Of a DNA stretch of 64,000 bases, positions 8,619 to 17,223 are shown one piece after another (the first letter of the stretch is position 1; each line of letters begins with the position of its first letter). The stretch lies in NCBI GenBank assembly GCA_017394885.1, contig JAFPWO010000010.1:152010-216009 (forward strand), given 5' to 3'. The notes under the pieces were generated by a model. The model searched no databases, had not been told where the DNA came from, and worked only from the letters and a program-made list of their open reading frames with translations. The stretch is from Lachnospiraceae bacterium (lineage in GTDB: Bacteria; Bacillota; Clostridia; Lachnospirales; Lachnospiraceae). Made by a program: the position numbers and the translations under genes.

Positions 8619-9494
8619 ATGAAAACCGCAAAAAACATTCTCTGGATCATCCTCGGGAATTTCATCTGCGCGCTGGGCGTCGTCTATTTCCTGGTCCCGG
8701 CCGGCCTGATCGCCGGCGGCGCGACCGGTATTTCCCTTGCGCTGCACCAGTATCTCGGCATTCCGACTTCGGTCGGGCTGTGGGGCGTGACCTTCCTGTT
8801 CTTCGGGCTCGGCTTCCTGCTGCTCGGGAAAAAGTTCGCGCTTTCCACCCTGCTCAGCTCCGTCGCCTATCCGCTTTCCTTCAATCTGGTCGAGCTGCTG
8901 GCCGAAAAGACCGGGCTGCCGACGGATGATATCCTCCTGTGCATGATCTTCGCCTCACTGATCGTCGGCATCGGCGTCGGGATCCTGATCCGGGCCGGCG
9001 CGTCCACCGGCGGCAGCGACGTCATCGCCATCGCCTTAAACCGCAGGACGGGGCTCTCCCTCTCCGTCGCCACCTACGCGATCGAGGGCGTGATCCTGCT
9101 GATCCAGTTCCCCTACTCCAAAGCCGAGCAGATCCTGTACGGCATCCTGTATGTGATCCTGTATACGATCATCTTCAACAGGATCATCGTTTTCGGCGCG
9201 GAAATGATCCAGATCAGCATCTACAGCAGCAAATATGAGGAGATCAACCAGGTGATCCTGACCCGCTTCGAGCGCGGCAGCACGCTCTTTCACGTGGAGG
9301 GCGGCTACCGGAGGCAGGAAGGGTATGCGCTGGAGACGGTCATCCCGCGCCGCGCGCTCTTCCATCTGCGCGAGGCCGTGCTGAAGATCGACCCGCAGGC
9401 CTTCATCGTTATCACGCCGGTCGCCGAGGTCAACGGCCGCGGCTTTACGCTCGGCAAGTATTTTGAGGCAGAAGAAGAGAATCCGCATGAATGA
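8619..9494 (+). CDS. YitT-family membrane protein (with C-terminal DUF2179-like domain)
   Basis: MKTAKNILWIILGNFICALGVVYFLVPAGLIAGGATGISL is a typical YitT N-terminus. There are multiple TM segments and a soluble C-terminal domain. CAGGAG SD. Confidence 0.85.
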   Translation: MKTAKNILWIILGNFICALGVVYFLVPAGLIAGGATGISLALHQYLGIPTSVGLWGVTFLFFGLGFLLLGKKFALSTLLSSVAYPLSFNLVELLAEKTGLPTDDILLCMIFASLIVGIGVGILIRAGASTGGSDVIAIALNRRTGLSLSVATYAIEGVILLIQFPYSKAEQILYGILYVILYTIIFNRIIVFGAEMIQISIYSSKYEEINQVILTRFERGSTLFHVEGGYRRQEGYALETVIPRRALFHLREAVLKIDPQAFIVITPVAEVNGRGFTLGKYFEAEEENPHE

Positions 9495-10326
9495 TGAACT
9501 GAAAAAAGAAGATTACGAAGAGCCGCAGTGCCTTCTTAAAATGGACCGCGGGAATCCCGGCGCGCCGCTGCGCACGGTCCCCCTGCCCCGCGTGATCGAA
9601 AAGCTGGACGAGATTTTAAGCCGCGACGACTGGGCCGGTGCCGAGCGACATTTGGATTACTGGCTCGCGGAGGCGCGGGACGGCCGGGACAAGCGCGGCG
9701 AGCTCGCGGTTCAGGGCGAACGCATGGGCCTTTTCCGCAAGCGCGGCCGGGAGGGCGAGGCGATGCAGGCCGTCCGGGAAGCGCTCCGGCTGATCGATGA
9801 ACTGGATATCGCCGACTCCGTCACGGCCGCCACGGCCTACGTCAATATCGCGACGGTCTGCAAGACCTTCGGCCGGTCCGATGAAGCTCTGCCGTATTTT
9901 GAGCGCGCGCTGCCGATCTATGAAGAAACGCTCGGCGCGCACGACGCGCGGCTGGGCGGGCTGTACAACAATATGGCCCTTGCGCTTTCGGATCTCGGGC
10001 AGTATGCGCGGGCCAGAAGCTGCTACGAAAAGGCGCTGGCCGTAATGCAGGGCTGCCCGCAGGGCGAGCTCGAGCAGGCCGTGACGTTCCTCAATCTGGC
10101 GGATCTGGAAGCCGCGGAAAAAGGGACCGAAGAGGCGGACGAGCGCATTCAGGAACTGCTGGATAAGGGCCGCGAAGCCCTTGACACCCCCTCCCTTCCC
10201 CGCAACGGATACTATGCCTACGTCTGCAATGCCTGCGCACCGACCTTCGACTACTACGGGCGCTTTATGGACGCGCAGGAGCTGCGGGAGACCGCGGAGG
10301 AAATATACAGGACCAACAAGGCATGA
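9487..10326 (+). CDS. Tetratricopeptide-repeat protein
   Basis: TPR-like 34-aa periodicity (AYVNIATVCKTFGRSDEALPYFERALPIYEE..., LYNNMALALSDLGQYARARSCYEKALAV). ATG 9487 overlaps the YitT stop by 8 nt. The track ORF starts at an upstream TTG. Confidence 0.8.
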   Translation: MNDELKKEDYEEPQCLLKMDRGNPGAPLRTVPLPRVIEKLDEILSRDDWAGAERHLDYWLAEARDGRDKRGELAVQGERMGLFRKRGREGEAMQAVREALRLIDELDIADSVTAATAYVNIATVCKTFGRSDEALPYFERALPIYEETLGAHDARLGGLYNNMALALSDLGQYARARSCYEKALAVMQGCPQGELEQAVTFLNLADLEAAEKGTEEADERIQELLDKGREALDTPSLPRNGYYAYVCNACAPTFDYYGRFMDAQELRETAEEIYRTNKA

Positions 10327-11261
10327 ACGGACTGGAACTTTCAAGGAAATACTACGAAACCTTCGGCGCGCCGATGTTGCACGAACAATTCCCGGAGTGG
10401 GAAGGCCGCGTGGCCTGCGGGCTCATCGGCAGCGGCTCGGAGTGCTTCGGCTACGATGACGAGATCTCCCGCGACCACGATTTCGAAGCGGGCTTCTGTC
10501 TCTTTATCCCGCCGGAGGACGAAATGGACCGCCCGGCGGCTTTCCGGCTGGAGCGTGCCTACGCGAAGCTCCCGAAGGAATTCGAGGGCGTGCGGCGCGG
10601 CCTGCTCTCCCCGGTCGGCGGAAACCGCCGCGGCGTCATCCGCATCGATGAGTTTTTCACGGAAAAGCTGGGGACGCCGGACGGCGCGCTCTCCGTCAGC
10701 AGCTGGCTCCGTCTCCCGGAATATGCCTTGTTCGAACTCACGCACGGGCAGATCTGGCGGGACGACGCCCGCCTGCTGGCGCCGGTCGACCATCTCCGCA
10801 TCATGCCGGAGGATATCCGCAGAAAGAAGCTGGCCGGCGAGCTCCTCACCGCAGCCCAGGCCGGCCAGTATAACTATCCGCGCTGCATCCGCCGCGGGGA
10901 TACGGCCGCCGCGCAGCTGTGCGCCGCCGAATTCGTGAAAGCCGTGATGCACGCGGTCTTCCTGCTGAACGGGGAGTATCTCCCCTACTATAAGTGGCAG
11001 TTCCGCGCGTTAAAAGACCTGCCGGTCCTGGCTGACCTTGCGGCCCCGTTCGAGTGGCTGCTCGGCAGCGGGAACGAAGGCGCGCTGTCCGAAGAAAAAT
11101 ATACGAAAATCGAAGAGACCGCCGGCCGGCTTATCGAAGCGCTCCAGGATCAGGAGCTCACGAAAGCTGACTGCGGCGATCTCGAAAAACACGCCTATTC
11201 CGTCAACGACGGCATTGCCGATCCTTCCCTCCGCAATGCCAGCATCTTCGCTGCCCTATAA
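10323..11261 (+). CDS. Nucleotidyltransferase-fold protein of the DUF4037 type
   Basis: The N-terminus MNGLELSRKYYETFGAPMLHEQFPEW...GLIGSGSECFGYDDEISRDHDF resembles the pol-beta-type NTase G[GS]x9-13D.D motif and my recollection of DUF4037 proteins. ATGA overlap with the TPR gene stop. Confidence 0.7.
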   Translation: MNGLELSRKYYETFGAPMLHEQFPEWEGRVACGLIGSGSECFGYDDEISRDHDFEAGFCLFIPPEDEMDRPAAFRLERAYAKLPKEFEGVRRGLLSPVGGNRRGVIRIDEFFTEKLGTPDGALSVSSWLRLPEYALFELTHGQIWRDDARLLAPVDHLRIMPEDIRRKKLAGELLTAAQAGQYNYPRCIRRGDTAAAQLCAAEFVKAVMHAVFLLNGEYLPYYKWQFRALKDLPVLADLAAPFEWLLGSGNEGALSEEKYTKIEETAGRLIEALQDQELTKADCGDLEKHAYSVNDGIADPSLRNASIFAAL

Positions 11262-11299
11262 CGCCGTATGCCTGCTGTTTCAGAAAGGGGCTGCTGTCA

Positions 11300-14200
11300 A
11301 TGAAAAAGAACCATTCCATTAATCGCTTTACAGCGCTGCTGCTGGCTTTCGTGCTGTTTCTTACGGCCTGCGGGCCGGAGAAGCCGACAGCCTATACCTC
11401 CCCGGAAAGCGCCGCAGAGACGACTGCGGCGGCGCAGGATCCCACGGAATCTTCCGACTGGCGCACCGAAGCCCGCGGCCTCTCCGACGAGCCGCTGGAA
11501 CTCCCCGAATGGCCGTACCACAGCCCGGCACTGGACTTTTCCCCCGCGGAGGGCATCCGCGTCACGGCCGAAGCCGGATCCCTGTACGATGACACGGAGA
11601 TCACCCTGGCCCCCGTCATGGAAGACAGCGAGCGCCTGATAAAGATCGCCGAAGACTTCGAGGAGTACGGCGAGCCGCTGATCGGGGCCTGGGAGGTCCA
11701 CGCCGGCCTGGAGGAGGATGAGCACCTGCCCGGCGAATATACCGTCTCCATCGACCTTTCCACGCTGGACCTGGACGAATCCCTCTGGCCTGCCGTGCGT
11801 CTCTACCGCCTCACGGACGGCGGGAAACTGAGCGCGTACAATACGAAACTGGAGGGGAGCATCCTCACGTATTCCAGCGATCAGAACAGCATCACCATGG
11901 CCAGTGTCGCCATCTGCGTGGTCGTCAGCCTCGCGCTGGGCCTGCCGCTCTGTTACGGGATCGAGAATGCGAAAGCAAACTGGTATTACTGGGATGGGAC
12001 CGGGGCGTCCTATCATTACGGAACGACGGACTACGGGAATTATACGGTCAAATGGTCCATGAAGGACGTGGATCCGAAGCAGCAGGAAAAGAACGACCGG
12101 ATGCTGGAGATCGCAAAGAAATACATACCGGAGGCTGAAAAAGACTACGAGCAGGAGATAAAAGACCGCGCAGATGAGGGCGTCCTGTACCGCATGTTCA
12201 ATAAAAACAGGTCCGTGGCGGAGTATCTGAAGGACTATCTGGTACGGGACGAGGAATATCAGAAGATCGCCGCCTCCCTGGAAACGCCGGAACTGATCGC
12301 CGCGGTGGCCAAGGCCATCGATCAGGCCTACGCTTACCTGGGCGGCGTGGTCTACGCGCGCATGCCGAAGGATGACCTGACCTTCCGTTTAAAGCGCACG
12401 GACGGCACGGAAGAGGAAGATACCTACGGCAATTCGGTGGCCGCCATGCTCTCCGACAGCTATATCGAGATCAACGTGGACAAGATCATCGGCATTCTGA
12501 AAGGAGACGCCGAGGGGGAAAAAGCCCGCGACAATATGCTCCTCACGGTCACCCACGAGCTCTTCCACATCTGCCAGGAGCGCTATCATTCCCGCTATCT
12601 CACGGACAGCATCCGTTTTGACGAGATGACGGCGGTGTTTCTGGAGGCGGACGCGAAGAAATATTACCAGGAAGAAAAGATCATCAAGACGGATCCGGAG
12701 CTGACCGCCACCAATTACTGGGGGACGCTGCGCCTGCCGATCGACGTCCTCCCCTGGCTCGGCAGTGAGACAGTCGACTCTGAGCGGCACATCGACAGTC
12801 TGGTCATACGGCATCAGGGATACCTTTTATCCGAATTTGCGAGGTATCTCCGGGAGAAAACCGGCATCCAGGCGGACGGTGTCGATATCTATCGCTGCCG
12901 GAGTTATTATACAACGCCGGTGACGTCGAAGCCGCTGATGGCGGCGTTCCACCTGTCCGAAGTGACGTTCGACAAGCTGTTCCGCCAGTTCTGCCTGGAC
13001 CACAAAGCGGATTTTGCCCGCAATTTCCCCGAGGACGAGGCACGGAAAGAGTACAAGATCTATCCCCGGACCCCGCTGCAGAAGGATACAGGCTCGCACG
13101 TGAGTCTTTCCACCGACGGCAGTTATACCGCCGGCATCCGCTGCTTTACCATGTATGAGGAAAAGCCGCTGCCGCTGCTCATGGTCATGGACAAAGACCT
13201 GGCCGCCCAGCATCCGGAAGCAAACCTGGTGCCGGTAGAAAAGTACATATCCACCCGCAGCGGTGCGTATCTGCCCGGGCCGGAAAAATGGGCCGGCTCG
13301 TCCCTGAGCATGCGTATGTTCCTGGAAGTGTACGGCAGGCTGGGCCCGAACACCGGGACCACAGCCGGCTACACGGTATGGCCGATGGACGCCCCGGACG
13401 AGCCGAAGCTCGAATCCGCGGACGGCGCCTTGGCCGTACAGCTGCCGGAGCCCCGCGGCGCCGCCAAAGAGGGCCTGCTGGACGGCGTCATCCTGAAGAT
13501 CGACTCCTCGGACGGCAAAAAGACCGAGAAGGAATACAGCGCGGCCCTGTTCGGGAAGAAGATCACGATCCCCCTGCATGAACTGCTGGAGGATGCGACG
13601 GAGCAGGCGGAGCTCACGGTGAGCTTTGCGGAATTCGTCTACAGCACGAAAGACAAGGCCTGCCCGGGTTGCTGGTCAAAGGAAGTAAAGATCTCCGTCC
13701 GCAGGGAACAGAAAGGCACGTCCTACCAGTACAACTCCACCACCATGGTGAACCTGGCGGGGGAAATGGCACATCCGGCCCTGCGGGACGCACTTGAGCA
13801 TTCCACGCTCTATCTGGGCGAAGACGGGTCCTTTACCATCACCGGGTCCGGACGCGCCGTGCGGGAGCCGGAGGACGAGAACGACACCGTGGAGGGCTCC
13901 GCCGCCGCGGAGTTTACCATCACCGGCACCTGGGACGCAAAAAAAGGCGAGGGGACCGCGGCGATCCGCGGCACCATCACCTATAAAGAAACCTACAACG
14001 GCCTCAGCGAAAAGGAAGAAGTCAACCACGTGACCGACCGCGACGGGAAGCATCTGACGCTGACCACAGTCAGCCGGATCTTCACGAAGGAAGTCACGGA
14101 TTTCAGCTATGCTTTTTCCGGCACCGGCACCGTGAAAGCAGTGAATCAGGATTTGTACAAGGGCATCGACGGCCTGATCCTGCGCCTGAGCAGCGACTGG

Positions 14201-14407
14201 ACCCGGAGCGGCAAAAATGAATTCTGGCGGTGGACCAGCCTCGACCGCACCGGGGATCCCGAAAACGAGGTCCATACCGCGACGGAGCCCTTTCTCGTCA
14301 GGACCGACGATAAGAAAGACCCCTGGGAAGAAGGCTGGGAGATCTGCTGGACCATCGGCAAACAGGACCCCATCCTGCACTTCGGCACCCCGGTCATGGG
14401 CTATTGA
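11300..14407 (+). CDS. Large (1035 aa) lipoprotein with an HExxH motif; putative secreted or anchored metallopeptidase-like protein, function unknown
   Basis: Lipobox MKKNHSINRFTALLLAFVLFLTACG. HELFH is encoded at 12554..12568 in the context LLTVTHELFHICQERYH. AAAGGGG SD. The long ORF has normal coding periodicity. Confidence 0.8.
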   Translation: MKKNHSINRFTALLLAFVLFLTACGPEKPTAYTSPESAAETTAAAQDPTESSDWRTEARGLSDEPLELPEWPYHSPALDFSPAEGIRVTAEAGSLYDDTEITLAPVMEDSERLIKIAEDFEEYGEPLIGAWEVHAGLEEDEHLPGEYTVSIDLSTLDLDESLWPAVRLYRLTDGGKLSAYNTKLEGSILTYSSDQNSITMASVAICVVVSLALGLPLCYGIENAKANWYYWDGTGASYHYGTTDYGNYTVKWSMKDVDPKQQEKNDRMLEIAKKYIPEAEKDYEQEIKDRADEGVLYRMFNKNRSVAEYLKDYLVRDEEYQKIAASLETPELIAAVAKAIDQAYAYLGGVVYARMPKDDLTFRLKRTDGTEEEDTYGNSVAAMLSDSYIEINVDKIIGILKGDAEGEKARDNMLLTVTHELFHICQERYHSRYLTDSIRFDEMTAVFLEADAKKYYQEEKIIKTDPELTATNYWGTLRLPIDVLPWLGSETVDSERHIDSLVIRHQGYLLSEFARYLREKTGIQADGVDIYRCRSYYTTPVTSKPLMAAFHLSEVTFDKLFRQFCLDHKADFARNFPEDEARKEYKIYPRTPLQKDTGSHVSLSTDGSYTAGIRCFTMYEEKPLPLLMVMDKDLAAQHPEANLVPVEKYISTRSGAYLPGPEKWAGSSLSMRMFLEVYGRLGPNTGTTAGYTVWPMDAPDEPKLESADGALAVQLPEPRGAAKEGLLDGVILKIDSSDGKKTEKEYSAALFGKKITIPLHELLEDATEQAELTVSFAEFVYSTKDKACPGCWSKEVKISVRREQKGTSYQYNSTTMVNLAGEMAHPALRDALEHSTLYLGEDGSFTITGSGRAVREPEDENDTVEGSAAAEFTITGTWDAKKGEGTAAIRGTITYKETYNGLSEKEEVNHVTDRDGKHLTLTTVSRIFTKEVTDFSYAFSGTGTVKAVNQDLYKGIDGLILRLSSDWTRSGKNEFWRWTSLDRTGDPENEVHTATEPFLVRTDDKKDPWEEGWEICWTIGKQDPILHFGTPVMGY

Positions 14408-14426
14408 CCCCGGGACCGAAAGGCCC

Positions 14427-15173
14427 TCACGGCAGCCGGGCGGCGATGGCGCGGGCGGTCTGCGCGATCTGCTCTTCCCGGGTGATAGCCGGCTCCCCAT
14501 CTCCTTTCTGCGCGCCGTACGCGCCGAAATACGCATGGCAGCCGCCGTCAATTACGATCTCTCCGGTATCCGCGGGGAGATTCTTTTTATATCCGTTATA
14601 TTTGTCACGGTTCAGGACGCCGTCCTCGCTGCCGTAAATACTCAGGACAGCCAGGCCGCTTTCCGACAGGTCCGCCGCCGAGTACGCGGCCAGCAGCACG
14701 AGGGCGTCAAATCCGTCGGCATGCTTTCCCAGGTACGAGGCCGCCATCGCGCCGCCGAGCGAATGCCCGGCCAGGATCCAGTCCTCAATCTGCGGATACT
14801 CCTCCGGGATACCCGCTGCCCTGCCCATACCCAGCACCGCGAGGTTGAGCGGCATTTTGAGCAGCACGCAGAGGATGCCCTCCTGCGAAAGCGCGGCCAT
14901 GAGCGGGGCATAGGCCGTATACTCCACCTTCCCGCCCGGGTAAAAAATCAGCCCGGCCTGCGGATGATCGGGGATAAAGTTGATCCGGCCGTTCTCCTGC
15001 TCCACCGTCACGCCCGGGATCTCACCCGTAAGCAGTGCCTGCACGGACGGATCGGCGTGATAATAATCTCCCGCATACACGGCGGTCCCGATCACCAGGA
15101 TCAACAGCACCGCGGGCAAGATCCATAAGCCGAGGCGCCGTTTTTTCGGCGCCTCCTGTGCATGATTCTTCAT
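14427..15173 (-). CDS. Membrane-anchored alpha/beta-fold hydrolase
   Basis: N-terminal TM (LGLWILPAVLLILVIGTAVYA). Nucleophile elbow GHSLGG. Convergent with the lipoprotein gene across a 19-nt gap. Confidence 0.8.
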   Translation of the reverse strand: MKNHAQEAPKKRRLGLWILPAVLLILVIGTAVYAGDYYHADPSVQALLTGEIPGVTVEQENGRINFIPDHPQAGLIFYPGGKVEYTAYAPLMAALSQEGILCVLLKMPLNLAVLGMGRAAGIPEEYPQIEDWILAGHSLGGAMAASYLGKHADGFDALVLLAAYSAADLSESGLAVLSIYGSEDGVLNRDKYNGYKKNLPADTGEIVIDGGCHAYFGAYGAQKGDGEPAITREEQIAQTARAIAARLP

Positions 15174-15194
15174 TCTTCTGTCCCCGGATCGTCT

Positions 15195-15848
15195 CTACCG
15201 GCAGCAGAAGACGTACTTCTCGAAGACTTCGCGGGCGGCATCGTCGCCGATCAGCTTTTTGAACTGATCCACGGCCGGGCCGCCGTTGGCAAAGAGCCCG
15301 TCCACGTAGGCTTTCGTCTTCTCCTTCTTGACGGCGGGATCGCAGGACGGCGCCCGGGCGATATTCTCCAGATACGCGTCAAAATAAGCCTTTGTGATCT
15401 CCGTATTTTTTGTTTTCAGGCTCCTGTCGCTGGCGCCGAGCGTGAAATCGTAGCGAATGCTGTCATACCAGTGCGGGCCGGTCTCATAGGGCGGCAGTGA
15501 CTGATATCTGGCCTTCACCCTGCGGTAGATCGCGAGCGACTCCTCGTCGATCGGGCGGATCATCGTGTCGTAAAACTCCTCCAGAAGCGTGCACTTCCCC
15601 ATCGCCTGGATATAGTCCGCGCTGAAGAGCGGCAGATCCTTGTATTCCGCGTTCAGGACCACGCTTTCCATCTTCATCAGGCCGAGCATGGCCTTCATGT
15701 CGATAACCGACAGGTGGCCGAAATTCTTCACTTCATAGGTCGTGATCGTAAAATGCATGCCGCTTTTATCGATCTTCGCATACCGATTGCCGATCACCGG
15801 TTCCAACCCGTACAGGCGCTGGAGCTGGGATAAAAATACTTCCTGCAT
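15195..15848 (-). CDS. Hypothetical protein; possible ferredoxin-dependent bilin reductase (FDBR)-fold homologue (tentative)
   Basis: 217-aa ORF with an AGGAAAGGAAAA SD. By eye, segments parallel cyanobacterial PcyA. These are KDLPLFSADYIQAMG vs YGLPLFGCDIVAGPG, and the C-terminal DQFKKLIGDDAAREVFEKYVF vs [22 protein letters not shown]. The comparison is unverified. Confidence 0.65.
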   Translation of the reverse strand: MQEVFLSQLQRLYGLEPVIGNRYAKIDKSGMHFTITTYEVKNFGHLSVIDMKAMLGLMKMESVVLNAEYKDLPLFSADYIQAMGKCTLLEEFYDTMIRPIDEESLAIYRRVKARYQSLPPYETGPHWYDSIRYDFTLGASDRSLKTKNTEITKAYFDAYLENIARAPSCDPAVKKEKTKAYVDGLFANGGPAVDQFKKLIGDDAAREVFEKYVFCCR

Positions 15849-15947
15849 CGTTTTTCCTTTCCTGCCCTCCCGGACACGCTGCGGGTGTTACGCCGCTTTT
15901 TCTTTTTTGAACATTATTCAAGGCCTTTCTTCCGTGAGGGCTGCTTC

Positions 15948-17138
15948 TCAGTTCTTATACAGCATCGCCAGCCCGCCGTGGGAAGTCTCCCGGTACTTTT
16001 CGTGGAGGTCTTTCCCGGTCTGGTACATGGTCGCCACGACCTCGTCGAAGGAAATTTTCCGCGTCGCGTAGAGAAAGCGCGAAAGATTGACCGCGGTCAT
16101 GGCGCGCATCGCGCCGACCGCGTTGCGCTCGATGCAGGGGATCTGCACCAGCCCGTGCACCGGATCGCAGGTCAGGCCCAGGCTGTGCTCCATGGCGCTT
16201 TCGGCCGCGTATTCGATCTGCGGCGCGCTCAGCTTATAGAGCGCGGCTAGCGCGCCGGCCGCCATGGAGGAAGCGCTCCCGATCTCCGCCTGGCAGCCGC
16301 ATTCCGCGCCGGAGATGCTCGCATTGGTGCGGATCACATTGCCGATCAGCCCGCCCACCGCCAGCGCGTCCACGATCTCCTCTTCCGGAAAGCCCTTATC
16401 GTGCTGCATATAATACAGCAGCGAAGGCAGAACCCCGCAGCTGCCGCAGGTCGGCGCCGTGACAACCACGTTTTCGCAGGCATTTTCCTCGCTGACCGCG
16501 TAGGCGTAGGCCGCGATCTTGCGGTTCATGGTCACGTCCGGCGGCTCATTGTAGCAGCGTTTTTCCAGAAGGCTCTTGGCCCGGCGGGGGAGATTTAAGC
16601 CCCCGGGCAGAATGCCCTCCGCCTGCAGGCCGCGCTCCACGCTCTCCTGCATGGCGGCCCAGATCTTGGTCAGATAGGTCCTGCCGTCCTCGCCCTCCGC
16701 GCGCCAGATGAAGTCCGTGAGGGAGACGTTTTCCAGATAGCAGTCATACAGCATCTCGCCGAAATTCTTCTGCGGATAGGTCTCCGCGTCCTCCGGCGGG
16801 TCGCCCTCGATGCGGATGGAGCCGCCGCCGATGCTGAAGATCCGCAGCTGTCCGATCTTCTCTCCCTCCCGGAAGGCTTCGAAGAGCATCGTATTGGGGT
16901 GCGGGAGATCCGTGGTCTCAAAATCATAATGCAGGCCGCATTCCGGCAGCAACCGGCGGATGGCCTTGCCGGTGCCGTGTCCCTCGCCGGTATGCGCGAG
17001 CGATCCGAACAGCGTGACTTCAAAATGATCCGCCTGCGGGAAACGTTCCCGGCAGCGCTTCGCCGCGCGGAACGGGCCGACGCTGTGTGAGCTGGACGGC
17101 CCCTGCCCGATCCGGTAAACACTTTTAATGCTTCTCAT
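15948..17138 (-). CDS. sdaA: L-serine ammonia-lyase (iron-sulfur dependent L-serine dehydratase), single-chain form
   Basis: MRSIKSVYRIGQGPSSSHSVGPFRAAK matches the serine dehydratase N-terminal motif. The alpha-domain cysteine motif APTCGSCGVLP is present. Strong GGAGGAAGGAG SD. Confidence 0.9.
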   Translation of the reverse strand: MRSIKSVYRIGQGPSSSHSVGPFRAAKRCRERFPQADHFEVTLFGSLAHTGEGHGTGKAIRRLLPECGLHYDFETTDLPHPNTMLFEAFREGEKIGQLRIFSIGGGSIRIEGDPPEDAETYPQKNFGEMLYDCYLENVSLTDFIWRAEGEDGRTYLTKIWAAMQESVERGLQAEGILPGGLNLPRRAKSLLEKRCYNEPPDVTMNRKIAAYAYAVSEENACENVVVTAPTCGSCGVLPSLLYYMQHDKGFPEEEIVDALAVGGLIGNVIRTNASISGAECGCQAEIGSASSMAAGALAALYKLSAPQIEYAAESAMEHSLGLTCDPVHGLVQIPCIERNAVGAMRAMTAVNLSRFLYATRKISFDEVVATMYQTGKDLHEKYRETSHGGLAMLYKN

Positions 17139-17159
17139 CGTCTCTCCTTCCTCCGAAAA

Positions 17160-17210
17160 AAACTATCAAAAACGGATGCCCTTCCTCTGTCGGGGAGGAA
17201 AGACATCCGT
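17160..17210 (-). terminator. Rho-independent terminator after nfnB
   Basis: The minus strand reads ACGGATGTCTTTCCTC-cccgaca-GAGGAAGGGCATCCGT followed by TTTTTGATAGTTTTTTT. Confidence 0.8.
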
Positions 17211-17223
17211 CTGCGTTTTTGGT

